Source: a virus
Reading direction: 5' to 3' (one strand)
DNA length: 12,346 bases
Virus genome (UHGV): UHGV-0322540
A program made the translations under genes and the position numbers. Below, in pieces: positions 11,118 to 12,346 of this stretch. Each line of letters opens with the position of its first letter. The first letter of the stretch is position 1. The notes under the pieces are model-generated. The model worked only from the letters and a program-made list of their open reading frames with translations. It was not told the origin of the DNA and did no database searches.

Positions 11118-11286
11118 CGTCTTCTTCCTCGTACATTGAGCTATTCGGATCGCTCATCAGTTCTGCGCAGCAGTGCTCACACACGTGAACTTCCAGCACA
11201 TGCAGCTTCTGACCGCAGTTAGCGCACGTTAAAGCTCGCTCGACGCTTTCTTTCTGGTATTGAAGGGATTGGGATGGGCTAAGCAT
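11110..11286 (-). CDS. ninF: NinF (small Cys-rich protein)
   Basis: Not in the ORF track (under 60 aa). My manual minus-strand translation from the ATG at 11286 gives [58 protein letters not shown] (58 aa), matching lambda NinF as recalled. TAATG overlap with the upstream orf. Confidence 0.82.
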   Translation of the reverse strand: MLSPSQSLQYQKESVERALTCANCGQKLHVLEVHVCEHCCAELMSDPNSSMYEEEDDE

Positions 11287-11651
11287 TATTGGATTCTCTG
11301 CATCATGAGAAAGACAATCATGGCGGCGCGAAGGGGATTTTTATGTATAGCTCGCTTAGATTTACAGTAGGCCACACCACGTGCACCCCACTCGTCTTCA
11401 TCGAGATTGATAATGCTAATCCTGTATTTTTCAATAATCGGCCATGAGTCTGCTGGGTTTGCGCATGGGTTAAAGGATCCGCGCTCAACTTCTACTTCAA
11501 CTGCGTCTCCGTTTACAATGTCTCCCTCAAATGAGACAAACACCATATCGCCATTCTCACCTTCTTTGTAATCCGGTGATCCGTTATGAATGGCTTCGAA
11601 TACCGCCACGTTAATTTCAAAATCACTTAACTGTGAATAATCCATTGTCAT
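11286..11651 (-). CDS. Hypothetical protein, NinX-like by position (between ninE and ninF)
   Basis: ORF track gives 11286..11687, but the ATG at 11651 forms an ATGA overlap with the ninE stop, giving about 121 aa ([58 protein letters not shown]...), acidic. Lambda lacks a gene here; P22-type nin regions carry ninX at this position. Assignment is positional only. Confidence 0.55.
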   Translation of the reverse strand: MTMDYSQLSDFEINVAVFEAIHNGSPDYKEGENGDMVFVSFEGDIVNGDAVEVEVERGSFNPCANPADSWPIIEKYRISIINLDEDEWGARGVAYCKSKRAIHKNPLRAAMIVFLMMQRIQ

Positions 11652-11824
11652 TTCCTCGCACGATGTCTTAGCCACCGGATATCCCACAGGTGAGCCGTGT
11701 AGTTGAAGGTTTTTACGTCAGATTCTTTTGGGATTGGCTTGCGTTTATTTCTGGAGCGTTTCGTTGGAAGGTATTTGCAGTTTTCGCAGATGATGTCGGT
11801 GATACTTCGTCGCTGTCGTCTCAT
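11648..11824 (-). CDS. ninE: NinE
   Basis: ORF track extends to 11914, but the internal Met at 11824, preceded by an AGGAGG Shine-Dalgarno, gives [58 protein letters not shown] (58 aa), matching lambda NinE as recalled. ATGA overlap with the upstream methyltransferase stop. Confidence 0.82.
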   Translation of the reverse strand: MRRQRRSITDIICENCKYLPTKRSRNKRKPIPKESDVKTFNYTAHLWDIRWLRHRARK

Positions 11825-12346
11825 GCCGCCCTCCTGACGCCCTGCCCGATCGCCATCAATGCCGCTTTGGATACGGTAGTAAACATCCGTCGAGGACTGA
11901 TGAACGGTCGCCAAATCAGCAGCATGGAACCTTTGCTGTTTCCCTTCTTCTCCAGCCCCGTCGATGGTTCGATAAAATTAATCCGTCCATCAGTGATAAT
12001 GCGAACTTCGTCAACGCTCTCCAGAGCCTTGCTGAACCAGCCGACAGACATATCTTCTGGCACAAGCATCACTACCGCCTGTCGCTGTTGTATGCACTGC
12101 TCAGCGGCTTTTTCCACCCACGGTCTGATATTGCTGTACGGTGGGTTATTCCAGATTGCACCGTGGCTTATCCACTCAGAATTTAGCGCGTCGTCGGCCT
12201 CAGTCAGCCAGTGAGCACACAGAGCATTTTTGTCGCTCGCTGCCGAATCCAGCCAGAATCCAAACTCAATATCCAGTGCATCAAAAAGCCAAAGCGGCGT
12301 TTGCCAGCAGTCCTTGTCGTGTGCTGGCGTATTTGATTTGATAGTC
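11821..12346 (-). CDS. Phage Dam-family DNA N6-adenine methyltransferase, C-terminal part (N-terminus beyond the right edge)
   Basis: My manual minus-strand translation is open from the right edge to the stop at 11821: ...[71 protein letters not shown]...[12 protein letters not shown]... It contains the NPPY catalytic motif (12147-12136) and the upstream LD.AAS motif typical of phage Dam methyltransferases. The ORF-track entry 11821..12117 is only its tail. Confidence 0.8.
   Translation of the reverse strand, partial: TIKSNTPAHDKDCWQTPLWLFDALDIEFGFWLDSAASDKNALCAHWLTEADDALNSEWISHGAIWNNPPYSNIRPWVEKAAEQCIQQRQAVVMLVPEDMSVGWFSKALESVDEVRIITDGRINFIEPSTGLEKKGNSKGSMLLIWRPFISPRRMFTTVSKAALMAIGQGVRRAA

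Noticed and set aside
11690-12214. 174-aa plus-strand ORF near the right edge
   Set aside because: Antisense to the Dam-family methyltransferase and ninE, both supported by motifs and recognition.

Overview
This window is the late/packaging half of a lambda-like temperate phage, probably an integrated prophage or a permuted genome record because a complete cos site lies inside the window (about 4815-5060). It reads in reverse-complement relative to the conventional lambda map. Almost every real gene is on the minus strand and forms one continuous late transcription unit, right to left: Dam-family N6-adenine methyltransferase (partial), ninE, a NinX-like orf, ninF, an 89-aa orf, ninG, ninH, Ser/Thr phosphatase, Q antiterminator, pR'/qut/6S RNA/tR', a dual-start class II holin, a SAR endolysin, Rz/Rz1 spanins, a KilA-N domain protein, cos, then terminase Nu1 and A, W, portal B and the start of C. 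The only convincing plus-strand genes are a two-gene AT-rich moron beside cos: a small ribbon-helix-helix protein followed by a DUF1398-like protein. The genome is mosaic: packaging genes, Q and the pR'-tR' leader look like lambda, but the lysis cassette is phage-21-like and the nin region carries extra genes. I did not find a clearly new multi-gene system. The best candidates for follow-up are the RHH + DUF1398 moron, the KilA-N gene placed after the spanins, and two uncharacterised nin-region orfs. All identifications are from reading the translations and recalling reference proteins; no search or alignment was run.
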